A stretch of DNA of 64,000 nt from Felis catus (GCF_018350175.1 NC_058380.1:57598001-57662000), one strand, 5' to 3'; shown: positions 1 through 13,077, numbered from the stretch's first letter. The notes: generated by a model not told the origin, from the letters alone. A program made the numbers and translations.

Positions 1-3000
1 TTCCTTGAGCTGCTGGTGAGACCAGCATGGTCCAGACAGAAGCAATCCCCTTCTAGGACTTAGTCTTAAGGAACTAATCAAAGAAGTAGATCAAGTTTTC
101 TGAACAAAGATGTACATCTCATCATTATTTACAAGAAAAATATTGGAAAAATAATTGTTCATCAGTAAATGGCATATTCAATAACTGTGGCATATCATAA
201 AATGGAAAATTATACACACTAAAGAGATGTCAACAAAGAGTTTTTGGTAACATGGTAGGGATGGTTATGCTATAAAATTAAATGAGTCATAAGCTATAAA
301 TGTACACATACAATATAATCTCAATTACATAAAAATATCTATGTGTAAAAATGAGCACAGGGAAATTACTTCACACTCTTTAGAGCAGCTAACCATAGGG
401 GATGGAATCACCTCTTACAGTGCTTTGCTTTTGTCCAACCTTCCTACAATGGGCATGTGTTATTTTGTAGTCTGAAAAAAAAAATAAATCATTTGGATTG
501 AAAACAATGAAAAAGAAATGGGAAAATGGAAAGAACTAGCATTGGCCTGGGAATCAGAAGGTAAGGATTTGGGACCAGAGTCCTGGCTGACCCTTTGAGC
601 AGGGAAGAATTTATTCTTTCTTTGAGCCTCAGGTTTCTTACCTGCAAAATGTGGCTGGGAACCCAGCCTGTCTCCTTTCTGGAGTTGATGTGAAGATCTA
701 GCAACTATGCCAGCAAAGGGGCTGATCTTACAGATTATGCCAGCAAAGACTGTAGGGTCAATGTCCTGCCTTTCCCACCAGTGCAGAGTTAGTGGGGGAA
801 GGTAACTGAAGGGGAAGGGAAGTCCACAGACACAGTAACTACTCTGAGCACTCTGTGCTGGCCCCAAGGAGTGGGTCTCCAGCGTCCACTGGATGTGGGC
901 CCAATCCTGACTCATTCATGCCTTAGAGCTTTGGTGGTAAGATGGAAGAGACCTCAGTGATCATCTGATAATAACACTTATTTTATGATTGTATTTATTG
1001 AAAATTTACAATGTCAGGCACTGTGATTGGTGCCTTTTACAAATTTTGTTCACCAGTTACACCCAACAAATATTTATTGTGCACATTCTATGTGTCCTAC
1101 CTAACTCCATTTTTATGTGGCAGGATTTCTCTACTCCCTACCCCTTCTGTAGGGTCCATCACATATCAACTCCCTCTTTTGGAGACAGTAAGACTCATAG
1201 CAAGCTGGGTGGCAGGAGTTGACCAGGAGTTAACACAAGTTGAAGCACAGAAAGAGACAGAGACTTCCTTGGCATAATAATGTATACATGATATACTAAG
1301 AGACAACCTGGGCTGTGGTAAAAGCCTGACTGTCTCATGGGTTTTTGACCTTGAGGCTGTACTTCATGACTTTTTGCCTTCATCTCCTTCATGTTCGTGC
1401 ATTTCAAATTGTTTCTGTCTCCATCCAAGAGATAACAAGACGGCACTCAATGATCGATAACCAGGGACAGATGCAGGTGGCAAGGGGAGGCTCCAGTGGG
1501 AGGGAGTGGGCGTGGTGGTTAAAGGAGCACAGAGATTGGGGGTAAAGGGGGAGGGAGTCTAGAGGTAAGAGGCCCCCAGGCAGTCTGAGAGAGGGGCGCC
1601 TTCCTGGACAGCAGCAAGGATTGAGAACAAAAGGTCGCCATGACCTTCTGAAATTAAGGCTGTAATAAGGAGGTCGCAGTTAGTTGAGGAAATTGAGGCT
1701 TAAAGAGGCAAAGCACAATGTAAGGATTATTCAGATTCTTATTCAGAGAAACCCAAAGAAAAAAAGAAAGGAAAGAAAAGATTAGGACATTAGGAGACAA
1801 GTGGAAGTTTCAAATTTGGAAATGAGCAGATATTTGATGCTATTAATAAATTACTGATAAAATTTTACACATAATAACAGTATTATACCTTATATTAAAA
1901 ATTTCATTACTTTTGAGAGATATGCTGTTTTTTTAAATAGGTGTAAGGATACAGTGTCTGGGATTTGCTTCAAAATAAAAGTGGCATCAGAAAGTTGGAT
2001 AAGGTTATAAATGAAAGATTGGTCATGAATTGGCTATTGGTCATCAGTTGGCTGAGTGATGAATAGGATGTGATTGTTCACGAAACAATTCTACTTTTGC
2101 ATATATTTAAATTGTCCATAATTTTGAGGTCAAGCAGGTGGTCTACATTTCTGTGGTTATTAAGTGATAAAGCTGGAAATGGAACCCAGGGCTGTTTGTC
2201 TCCAAAGCCTGTGTTCTTCATGACTGTGCTCCTCTACCTGTTTCCAGTCCATCCAGGGCAGGGGTTGCTCCCTCCAGCATCCTCACTCATGCTCTGCCCT
2301 CTGTTGGGATACCTCCTGAGCTAGGGCATCCCTTTGGAAGGTTCTTTTCCAAGATGAGCTGTAACTTCAATCTGCTCATCCTGTGTCTTGCTAGAGAAGT
2401 CTTCCTGACCACTGCCACTCCAGGCTAGGTTAGGTAGCCTCTCGTGGGTTTCCAAGGTGTTCTGTGCTTCTTCATAGCACTCATCACACTTTTAGTTGCT
2501 CATTCAATGTCCATCTTCTCCTGTTGGCTCTAGGTCACTGCCTTCTTGCTTATTGCTTAGTCTGTTTGCTTTAGGTATAAGGATGCGGAAGGGGTTGACC
2601 CTTAGCATGGCCAAGTCACAATATGAGAATGAGTTCCCTGGAGGTCTAGCATCCTGTGAGTCCCCAGGTGAGAGGACCCATAGAGTCCTCAGCCCTAAGC
2701 CCATGGCGCTTACTTTGGATTAGAGAGATGGGTGGTGGGATGGGTGCGTAGGGAACACTGCAAGAATTAGATTATTTCTAAGGAGTTTGACATTTTAGAG
2801 GTAGCTGATGTCAGTTATCTTTCAGGGCAATAGAAAATGAAAAACAGTGATGCCGGCGTGAGATGTTTAGTTTTGAGAACAAACTTACCACCTTGAGCCT
2901 CGTGGTGGAATTTTCTTAGTGAAAGAGTTGCTGCTTTGTCATTTTATCTGCTTCCTGCTTTTGTTTTGTGTGGAAAAGCTCCTGGGATTTGGCCAAAGGG

Positions 3001-3230
3001 ACTGGAATGAAAGGTAATGACCCCTAGAATGCACAATGAATGTGGAAGAGCAGCGGGCATGTGCTGGGGAAGGTGCCCCATTCAGGGATCTCGGCAATGT
3101 CAGGACTCCCAGCTGACTTTGTCATCTGGTTCTTAGGGGGCGTGAGGACACATGGCTTACAGAAATTGTCATACTTAACCATTTGGGTAAACAGTGTCTG
3201 ATGGCAATGCTTGCTGTATTTCCTATGGTA

Positions 3231-3439
3231 TTTTTTAAAGTTTATTTATTTTGAGAGAGTAAGAGAGAGTGAGTGAGTGCAGGGGAGGGGCAGAGAGAGA
3301 GGGAGAGAGAGAGAATCCCAAGCAGGCTCCACACTGTCAGCACAGAGCCCGATGCGGGGCTTGAAGTCACGACTGTGAGATCATGACCTGGGCTGAAACC
3401 AAGAGCTAGACACTTAACTGACTGAGCCACCCAGGTGCC
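3231..3439 (-). mobile_element. CAN-SINE (tRNA-derived carnivore SINE)
   Basis: T-rich tail, GA-rich tract and ...gagccacccaggtgcc head. Confidence 0.9.
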
Positions 3440-3591
3440 GTCCTATGATAATTTTTAGTAATTTGTTCATTATTGTTTCTTTTTATTTGGTAAATTCAAA
3501 TATAAAATACATTTAAAGGGAAGCTCAATTTTGCCATTTGAGGAGATTAAGAGGTAGATTTTTTTTTATCTTAAAAATAATGTGTGTTTTA

Positions 3592-3813
3592 GGGCACCTG
3601 GGTGGCTCAGTCAGTTGAATGTCTGATTCTTAGGTTCCGCCCAAGTAGTGATCCCAGAGTTGTGGGATTGAGCCCTGAGTTTGGCTCCATGCTGAGCATG
3701 GAGCCTGCTTGGGATTCTCTCTCTCCCTCTCTCTCTTCCCCCCCCCCCACCTTTGTCTCTCTCCCCTACTCATGCTCTCTCACTCTCTCGCTCTCTCAAA
3801 TTAAAAAAAAAAA
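3592..3813 (+). mobile_element. CAN-SINE
   Basis: gggcacctgggtggctcagtc head, CT tract, poly-A; aatgtgtgttt on both sides (TSD). Confidence 0.9.
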
Positions 3814-3995
3814 TGTGTGTTTATTCTTCAAGAACTAAAATTTAGTTTTCTAATCCCCTGTATTCAGATTTTATTGCTATTTTCTATTTTTATTTGTGTT
3901 ATCCATTATGAGAGTAGCATTTTTTACTTATAAAATGAAATTGGTATCATTTTTATTGTGGTAAGGTATGCATAACATTTACCATTTTATTGAAA

Positions 3996-4211
3996 AAAAT
4001 TTTTAATGTTTAGTTTTGAGACATAAAGAGAGAGTGTGAGTGCACACACCTGTGGGGGAGGGGCAGAGAGAGAGGGAGACACAGAATCTGAAGCAGGCTC
4101 CAGGCTCCAGGCTGCTGGCACAGAGCCCCATGCGGGGCTTGAACTCATGAACTGGGAGATCATGACCTGAGCTGAAGTTCGATGCTTAACTGACTGAGCC
4201 ACCCAGGAGCT
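3996..4211 (-). mobile_element. CAN-SINE inserted in an L1 3' fragment
   Basis: Full SINE body flanked by ttaccatttta on both sides. Confidence 0.9.
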
Positions 4212-5502
4212 CCAACAGTTACCATTTTAAAGTGTAGAGTTGAGTAGTATGAAGTACATTCACTTATGCGGCCATCACCAGCATCTGCCTACGGGACTCT
4301 TCGTCTTCCAAAATGAAAACTCTGTTCCAGTTAAACATTAGCTCCNNNNNNNNNNNNNNNNNNNNNNNNNNNNNNNNNNNNNNNNNNNNNNNNNNNNNNN
4401 NNNNNNNNNNNNNNNNNNNNNNNNNNNNNNNNNNNNNNNNNNNNNNNNNNNNNNNNNNNNNNNNNNNNNNNNNNNNNNNNNNNNNNNNNNNNNNNNNNNN
4501 NNNNNNNNNNNNNNNNNNNNNNNNNNNCTTGTTAAGGCTGAATTAATATTCCACTGAATGAGTATGATGACTTTTATCTAAAATTTCTGATTATGGCAAA
4601 TTTCAAACATACCCAAGAGCGTAGAGAGTGTATATTGTGCTCCCAGGCACCCATTACCCACTTGCAACAAGCTTATTTGTTATATCTATACTTGCACACA
4701 GTCCACCTCCTACCTTCAGAAGCTAATTCCAAAAATATCATTTGACCTGAAAATATTCCAGGATGTACTTAAAAACGTAAGGACTCTGATTAAAGCTGTA
4801 ACTACATTACCATTATTATACCCCAAAACATTTAAGAGCAACTCCTTCATATCAAATATCAAATCAGTGTCCACATGTCTATATAATTTTCAGTATTTGT
4901 TTTGACTATATTTTCTTATATTTGTAACAGGCCCTCTTAAGCCCCCAAAGGTCTGGGTGGTGGTAGAGGAGGATGGTTGCAAATCAGAATAAGTGGGATT
5001 GGAACAAATCAGGTTCCAGGTAAACTTCATGTTCTTGAAAGAATCTTGTCCTCGCTTGTCTATTCTAGGCTGTCGTTTACTTCTCAAAGCACCAAGAGTA
5101 GTGAAACAATTGTCCTTTGCAGCTGAGCACCCCAAAGATTTAGCTTGTTATTTGTACTTTCTGTTCTGGATTTGGTGTCTTCCGCCCTTCCCTAGTTTTG
5201 AGATAGATAAGAGGATGGGCTCTTGAATGTACTGCTAACTGAATGTTGAATGCAGCTGTTAACTGCAACATGAAATCGAAAAGGCTTATACATGGAAAAG
5301 AAAGACAAAATGAAGGAGGAATATTGGAGGATACTGTAAGACAGACCCAAGGATAAGGAAATAAAGAAACTAGCTGAGCAATTCTTGTGACAGAACTTTG
5401 GCAGTTATCATTCCCCAGGGGAAGGGACATCATAAAAGAGAAGACCCAGGGTGGGATTTTTAGCAGCAATCCAAGGTAAAAGTTTCCTCTTTTGTTATTA
5501 TA

Positions 5503-5526
5503 ATAATTTTTTCATGTTTATTTACT

Positions 5527-5574
<48 letters not shown>

Positions 5575-5743
5575 ACGAGTGGGGGAGAGGCAGAGAGAGA
5601 GGGAGAAAGAGAGAGAGAATCCTGAGCAGGTTCATGCTGTCAGCACGGAGCCAGATGCGGGGCTTGATCCCACGAACCATGAGGTCATGATCTGAGGCTA
5701 AATCAAAAGTTAGCTGCTCAACCAACTGACCCACCCAGTCACC
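5503..5743 (-). mobile_element. CAN-SINE with expanded (GA)n
   Basis: SINE body with a long GA dinucleotide run at about 5528-5570. Confidence 0.85.
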
Positions 5744-5766
5744 TCTGTTATTGTTTTATATTAAAT

Positions 5767-5937
5767 TAGGGCTGCCAGATAAAACACAGGTTGCCCAGTA
5801 TAATTTCACTTTCAAGTAAACAATGAATACTTTAAAAAGTTTATATATTTTGTGTATATATTTATGAAAGCATTCATTGTTTATTTGAAATTTGAACTGA
5901 ATCAGGCATTCTGTATATTGATTTGCTAAACCTGGCA
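5767..5937. mobile_element. MER53-like hAT MITE (imperfect palindrome)
   Basis: Begins tagggctgccagataaaacacagg and ends cattctgtat...cctggca; the internal arms are complementary (aatttcactttcaagtaaacaatgaat / attcattgtttatttgaaattt). Confidence 0.65.
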
Positions 5938-7152
5938 TTCCTCTCCCTCCCAGTAAACATATGGGGACACCGCTGGTGAAACAGGACTTTGACTTTTAGG
6001 CCCCTTTGATTTCTTTCTTGGAAGATGGTTAAATTTTCTTTTCTTTATTCAGCCTCCTTATTCTGCAGGTCTACCTAATATTATAACATTATATTAAACA
6101 ATTGACCTACTTTCCATTAGCACCAGCAGAATGTGAGAGTATTTATTTCCCTCTATCCTCATCCACGTCACATAGTATCATCAGTCTTTTAAGTTTTGTT
6201 AATCTTCAGGACAAAAAGTCTAAGAACTGTCGGTTTAGAGCACTTCTTAAAGGAGACAAACTTTTCTTTTGTGATGCCTAGCATCAAGGTTTGTTTCTAA
6301 ATAATTTTAAATATTATTCTATATTGTAAAAATTTGCACAATGAAATGTAATGATTTATAACACATTAGCGTTTTTAAATTTCCACAGTGGATTTCCTAG
6401 CTTCTTCCAGCAAAACTGAACTTTTCTGTGCATACTCAAGTCAACACCAAAGAATTTCAAATTAGCTTTAGCAAAAGCAAATATTTATATTTAAGAAGAA
6501 AATATTTTAACCCAGAACTCATTAAGATAAAAAAGCTAATAAACTGAAGATGTCTTGTTAGTTGATGCCCCTCGAAGCAACGTCTAGGTCAGATAACTTA
6601 TACTGACTCAAGCAGTATTTCCACTAGCTTCATGCAACCGTATTTGTAATTACTGCAATAAGGGATTTTTTAAAAACCTAGTCTCTTTAATCTACATTTC
6701 CACAAAAAGCTGTTGAAAGAACAATTTCTGCTCAGTTGTTTTTTCCTTTGCTGAAAAAAATCAAAGTGCCAGGAATCTCACCCCACCCTGCTGCTGGGTA
6801 ACAGTCAATCATTTATTATTCCTGGATCAAACACAAGCATTCATGCCTATGAAAACATTTTGCAATGAATAGGATCTTGGTCTGTACTAAAAACAAAAAA
6901 TGGCTAAAAAGAGACTTCGATTTATTTTCAAATTCTATGGCTAAATTCTTATAATTCCTAACTGGCAAAAACATTGGCAAGCCACTACATTTTACGTAGG
7001 ATCAGATTTACTTCTTTGGTGTCTGCCCAGAGGTGCTATTGAGAGCTATTTGTGGCTGGCTTTTTAAGAGACTGGGTGGGCCTCAAATGAAATGAATATT
7101 GACGCTGAGGTACCAAAGCACAAGGAAAGGCTGGAGAGAGAATTGAACATTT

Positions 7153-7381
7153 TAATTTTTAAAAAAAATTTTTTTTCAACGTTTTTATTTATTTTTGGGA
7201 CAGAGAGAGACAGAGCATGAACGGGGGAGGGGCAGAGAGAGAGGGAGACACAGAATCGGAAACAGGCTCCAGGCTCTGAGCCATCAGCCCAGAGCCCGAC
7301 GCGGGGCTCGAACTCACGGACCGCGAGATCGTGACCTGGCTGAAGTTGCACGCTTAACCGACTGCGCCACCCAGGCGCCCC
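7153..7381 (-). mobile_element. Young felid SINE (SINEC_Fc-type)
   Basis: Consensus-like body with most CpGs retained (cccgacgcggggctcgaactcacggaccgcgagatcg). Confidence 0.93.
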
Positions 7382-8738
7382 AAAAAATAACTAAGCATAG
7401 CCTGTTTTTACTTCAAAGTTTTTATATTTGGCAAACCAAAAAGGTTACTTCTTAAAATGACCAAACTTATAGTTGAAACCTTTCTTTTTATTTTGATGTT
7501 AGACCAGGAGTTATATATCTTATCAAAGTTCTTACCCAATCAAGTCATTCCATCAACCTCACCAAATACAATCACCATCAATCCAGACATACTCAGTGAT
7601 CTTCCTTTCCTCAAGCCTAATCAACCCTAAAACCTAATTAAGCTTCTAGAGCCACGACATCCCCCAAAGTGATCAACTCCCCTGCAAAGCGATAAAAAAA
7701 ACCCTTAATCCCAAGCATTCCCAGCCATCCAGTCAACCACTAGCTATGGTCCAGCAATCATCCATGAAACAAACGTCATTGTGGTAAAGACCAGTAATCT
7801 TTTAAAGTTTAGACATTCTGATTCTTTTCATTTGGGGGATGGATTCCTATATTGTGTGGTACCATAGCCATAGTTTTTAAGACTGAAGACCTAGGTCAAA
7901 GAAAAATTTTCCTCAGTCTTCTGTCCTCTTGTTACTGTTGATGCATCTTGTTCTTCTCGAAAGCATGGACCAGGAGACAGGTGACTGACTTTGAAATGCA
8001 AGGAATGTGAAATTGGAGGATGGGAGTAGAAGTAGCCATTATCCCTGGAGGAAACTATTTACATGATTTTTAACTTAACATTTACATTAGGAACATGTCA
8101 TTCATAATATAAAAGGACATGGCCGCCACTACTCAGTGGAAAAGCAAGTGAGCAGAGGACAGCCTGACAAGAAGGTGGGCTTGGTCAAAAGTGTGTCTCT
8201 TGGCCAGTCTGATCTTGGCTATCCTGGGGAGATGGAGTTAGCTTAGCAGCATCATTGTTATTTCCAAGGTATTTTCGGAACTTTCATAGTCTTTCTATTG
8301 TTGGAATAAACTAGATGGTGCTCTACGTACAGTTCAGCCCCTGGCAGTTGGGTAAAGTTGGGTGATTTTGGCACTGGAGGAAGGATGGAGGGGACTCAGG
8401 GCACCAGAAGACCTGTCTTCATATGTCAGAAGGAAAGAGATTAGGTGCATCTCATGTAGAGGCACAGAGCTGAATTAGGACTAAAGGCAGAAGCTAGAGG
8501 AGGATATAGGTTAGCATAATTCAAGGAAGGGTTTCCTAGGGCTGAGTGAAACAGCTGGAATCTGGAAGTATTGAATTCTCTGTCACTGGAGGTGTCCACG
8601 CAAACGCTGGTTGACTAGGGTCAGGGTCATTGGAGAGGAACTCTATGCATCCTGTAGATCGGGTTGAACAAGAAAACCCCTAGCCTCTTCAAACAATGAT
8701 ACTGTTTGTCTGCGCTAAGTGTCTGAAGTTTGCTTAAC

Positions 8739-8755
8739 TGGCCGCTAGATGTCAC
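8739..8755 (+). promoter_or_regulatory. Candidate CTCF-binding site
   Basis: TGGCCGCTAGATGTCAC, close to the CCASYAGRKGGCRS core, in a locally CpG-containing stretch not recognised as a repeat. Confidence 0.45.
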
Positions 8756-10268
8756 GGGCGCATTTGCAACAGCAAGATCCTTGGCAATGGTGTAATGGTA
8801 GAAATCAGGAACAGGACTCACATAAGGATGTGAAATTGTATTAACAAAATATGCATCTTTATGCAATTCACTTTTCATAAATATAATAAAACTTAAATAT
8901 CACTTGAAGCAAAAACTTCCAAGATCTAATCTCAAAATTGGATTCACTTTCTAAATTCTTTTCAAATAAGTCTGCCAGTGTTCAAAGAATTAAATATATA
9001 ATTTAATATAGCTTGGCCTAAAACTGCTTCTATCCATCTACTACCATCTCTGAGACTCTCATTCATCTTCTGTCTGTTGGTCTAGAAAGGAACAATGTCT
9101 GGCTCATTTCCACATGGAACACAGCACTGTGCAGCATTCGTGATACTACCACTGCCATCTGTAGTTCTATTGCATTTACCATAAATAAGTACTCGTTTAT
9201 ATAGTATCTTATCTAATTTGTCTAAAATCAAATGGTTAGGTTTTAAATATGGAGAAATAGACCGAGAAAGATTAAGCAACCTGCCCAAGGTCATAGGTAA
9301 GAAAATGCTTCCCAGTGTTTATTGTGCTGAGCTATGGAGGCTCAGAAATGCTACAGATTTTACATCTCTTGGACATTCACGGTGTATTTTAACATATTAA
9401 AGACTTTGAGAAGTTCTGGAATGAAGAAATGTGTCAAATTTTACCCCACTAAACTCTTCAAATAATTNNNNNNNNNNNNNNNNNNNNNNNNNNNNNNNNN
9501 NNNNNNNNNNNNNNNNNNNNNNNNNNNNNNNNNNNNNNNNNNNNNNNNNNNNNNNNNNNNNNNNNNNNNNNNNNNNNNNNNNNNNNNNNNNNNNNNNNNN
9601 NNNNNNNNNNATCTAACAGAAAACTAGCTTTTCTGTTGGGAATTGTATAAGTGGTAAACATCAAATTCAAACTCTACACTCCTTGAATTTAACTTAGAAG
9701 AAGTGTTTCATAATGTGAAATGCATTGAGAAAAAATAAGCCTCAATTTTCTCATAGCTAAAAAGCAATTCAGTTCCTCAGGCTAGATTATTTCCACTCAA
9801 AAGCCCTCTGTGTGGAGACCTTGTCTTTGTCTCCTCTTAGTATTTCAGGCAAACTGAGTCTAATAATGAAAATGTCCACTTCCTCCTTGTTCCTGGCTGT
9901 CCTGGGGAGTCCAGTAGGGATGAAAAAGTTGCTGTGAGAGCCCTCTCACCTGTGTGTACTGACTGTGTAGCTCAGACACAGTATGCGCTATTCGGCTTGC
10001 TCTAATGGTCGCTTTCTCCTCGGTTTTAGGATGTGTTCAGAATGTCTTTGTACATTACATTAGCGATTTATTGCCTGGCATCTGTTGAAGCTCTCAGATA
10101 TCTGGCTAAAACTCAGAAGACACAATGTGAAAAGTTACACAATCCCTGAAAATGAACTAGAGGGCAAGCGATCATTTCAGTTAACATCACCTGGCTTTTG
10201 AGTGGCAGCTGCAATGATCAAAACCCTTGCTCCCTTGGAGGTAGGAACCACAGAGGACCCCTCCTCCA

Positions 10269-11228
10269 TCACTGGGTGAAGTATTTCCAAGCCACCAGGT
10301 TCCTCACAGCAGCCTTCACGTCCTTGTTCCTGAGGCTGTAGATGATGGGGTTGAGCATGGGGGTCACCACCCCATAGAAGAGAGGGATGAGCTTATCTGA
10401 AAGGTCCTCTTTGTCTGCCCCCAGGGGATCCTTAGACTTGGGCTTCCTGTACATGAAAAATAAGGTCCCGTAGAAGATGACCACCACAGTGAGGTGGGCA
10501 GAGCAGGTAGAAAAGGCCTTTTTCCTCCCCTCAGCTGAAGGGATCCTCAGGATGGTAGCAATGATGAAGACATAAGAGACGGAGATGAACAGAACTGGGA
10601 CCCCCAGGAAGATCACATTTGTCACTCCCATGCTGATCACATTGATGGAGATGTCAACACAGGCCAACTTGAGGACTGCCAGGATCTCACAGGCAAGGTG
10701 GTTGATGACGTTGTTCCCGCAGAAAGGCAGCTGAATCGTCAGGGATGTGTGTACCACAGAAGCAGCCCCACCAATTGTCCAGGAGCTGACAGCCATGGAT
10801 ACATACACAGACCTGCTCATGACCACAGGGTACCTCAGGGGGTTACAGATGGCCACATAGCGATCAAATGCCATCATGGCCAGGAGCACACACTCTGTGG
10901 CTCCCATGGCAAAGGAGAGGAACATCTGCATGGCACAGCCTGAGAAGGAAATGGTTTTCCTGGGAGTGAGGAAGCCATCCAGGACTAGAGGGANNNNNNN
11001 NNNNNNNNNNNNNNNNNNNNNNNNNNNNNNNNNNNNNNNNNNNNNNNNNNNNNNNNNNNNNNNNNNNNNNNNNNNNNNNNNNNNNNNNNNNNNNNNNNNN
11101 NNNNNNNNNNNNNNNNNNNNNNNNNNNNNNNNNNNNNNNNNNNNNNNNNNNNNNNNNNNNNNNNNNNGGGCTGAGAGTCCCAGGAGAATGAACCCCACCA
11201 CGGGGGAGGACCAGTTGGCTTTTTCCAT
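10269..11228 (-). CDS. OR2S2: Olfactory receptor, OR37/MOR262 subfamily, OR2S2-like (copy 1), 319 aa
   Basis: Single-exon ORF with [28 protein letters not shown] and [12 protein letters not shown] motifs, an N-terminal NWS sequon and the extended EL3 ([20 protein letters not shown]). The N-terminus and EL3 match human OR2S2 as I recall it. 10994-11167 is N-masked, so TM1-TM2 cannot be checked. Confidence 0.93.
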   Translation of the reverse strand: MEKANWSSPVVGFILLGLSAXXXXXXXXXXXXXXXXXXXXXXXXXXXXXXXXXXXXXXXXXXXXXXXXXXXXXXXXXXXPLVLDGFLTPRKTISFSGCAMQMFLSFAMGATECVLLAMMAFDRYVAICNPLRYPVVMSRSVYVSMAVSSWTIGGAASVVHTSLTIQLPFCGNNVINHLACEILAVLKLACVDISINVISMGVTNVIFLGVPVLFISVSYVFIIATILRIPSAEGRKKAFSTCSAHLTVVVIFYGTLFFMYRKPKSKDPLGADKEDLSDKLIPLFYGVVTPMLNPIIYSLRNKDVKAAVRNLVAWKYFTQ

Positions 11229-12429
11229 GTGATATCCCTTCTGTCATCAGCAAAGTACAAAAGCAGCACATCAGGCTTTCTTGAGAAGAGTCTCAGGCAT
11301 CTAGTATGCCATCAAGTCTCTGCTACATAAGAGGAGAGCATGTGTGTGTAAGAGAAAAATGGCAGTAAGAGACAGTAAGTGGGAGTGTCCTTAGCTTCTA
11401 GATGAGAGAGGGTCGGGGGTGGAACACAACAGAGCTTAGAGTAGACTAGCACCAAGGAAAAGCCTCAAATGTTCCAGCCGACTGTGTGCGAGGGGTTTTT
11501 CTGATGTTTCATCCTCTCATGGCCCGAAAAAGCAACTGAGGCCCAGAGAGGGGTGTGACCTGTCTGAGTCTTCTGAGCAAGTTGCTGATAGAGGCGGGAC
11601 TGGAGCCCAGTAGAGCTAATCCCCAGTCAAGGAGGACTTTTCCTCTGTTTTATGATCAACAGCTGGAAAATGCTGTAAATTATTTCTTTCTATAGAAGTT
11701 TCACCTAATCTGGGCTCTCTTAGATTCTCAGAGAGGAGAATCCCCAAGCTGATCCAATTCTTAGAATGGGCAAAGTTTTAAGCTTCTGTAAACTTTATTA
11801 ACGTTTGGAAGCAACTTGTATAAAAGTGTTAACCCACATCCAGACAGAATGAAGCCTAGGTAAAGGCTCAGCCATAACGAGGATTGCTTCCTCAGCCTGC
11901 CCAGCCTCAGCAACACAGACTTGACTGTCATCTGAACTGGGATCTGCCTATTTTCACACACACTAATAGAAATTGGGGGAGGTTCCTTAGGGGGCAGAAC
12001 TTTATGAAGCCAACACAAGGATTGACTGGAGTGATGGAACCCACACTATGGAATGGCAACTTGCAGCTCACTGGCCAGTTAGCACAGTTCTTAATAACCA
12101 TGCTGACTACAGTCATCAGACAGCAGGTTATGTGGCATTGACTTCTAATCCCAGCTCATTAGAATCTTGGTGACATTCTTAGCCAGGGGTGACTACGGAA
12201 TGTTTTTTCTTTGTCCTTTTATGTTTATACTTTATTCTTGGGTAATATTCTGGCTCTCTGCCTCCATTCTTGTGTTCTACACAAGCAGCTAGCTTATCGG
12301 AAGACCTGTCTGCCTTTGTATAGAGGATTTCCAGGCTCTCAGCTGCAATTGCCCAGACTCTATATTCAGAATCCTCATTCATAATATTTCTATAGCTCTT
12401 TCTTAATTGCAATGGTGCATATGTATGTG

Positions 12430-12437
12430 CGTGTGTG

Positions 12438-12471
<34 letters not shown>
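12430..12471. repeat. (GT)n microsatellite; duplicated at about 19824-19865
   Basis: Direct reading; same length in both units. Confidence 0.95.
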
Positions 12472-12474
<3 letters not shown>

Positions 12475-13077
12475 GCTGCTTCACCATGGAATTCTGCCCC
12501 AGCTTATCTCCCACTCCTCCCAGTGGCTCTCCCAGCCCTTCCAGAAAATGAAAAGTAAACATTACAGTTGGTGCCACAAGCAGGATTCCATAGTGACAAG
12601 GATATGCTGTGATTTCAGAGGCCAAGGGCAGTGGCTTCTGTTAGAGAAGCCATCCTGTCTACGCCCACGAGCCGGGGCTGTGCACACAGAAGCATCTGCC
12701 CGTGAACGATGTGCTGTGGCCATGAGTGGTGCACGGGATTTGCCCCGTGTGAGAGCTGCAGCCATGGAAGTCCTAGTGCCCAGCATGGAGCAGTGCTGAA
12801 TGAAAGCTGGTTCAATTGGAGTGAACAGAACGACTAGGAAGATCTTGTGCACTGAGCCCAGAGCTCTGGGACCTGCCCCTGCCCGTGACATGGGTGTTCT
12901 GGGTGGCTAGAGCAAGTCCCTAAGCCTGTTTCCCATGTGCATGAAGAAAAGGCTGAACAGGTGCTCCCCAGAGTGTCCCAACTCTGTCATGGATTGCTCA
13001 GCACCATTCTCACCAGGCAGGGCTCAGACTTTGGTGAAGGTGACTGCCTGCTCCTTTGCGTGTGTGCTATGGGGTGC

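Noticed and set aside
6300-7060. AT-rich, apparently unique block that might be a conserved enhancer
   Set aside because: I found no motif cluster I can support without cross-species alignment.
12600-12890. Mildly CpG-enriched stretch with recurring gcccgtga words
   Set aside because: It is too short for a CpG island and has no regular periodicity.
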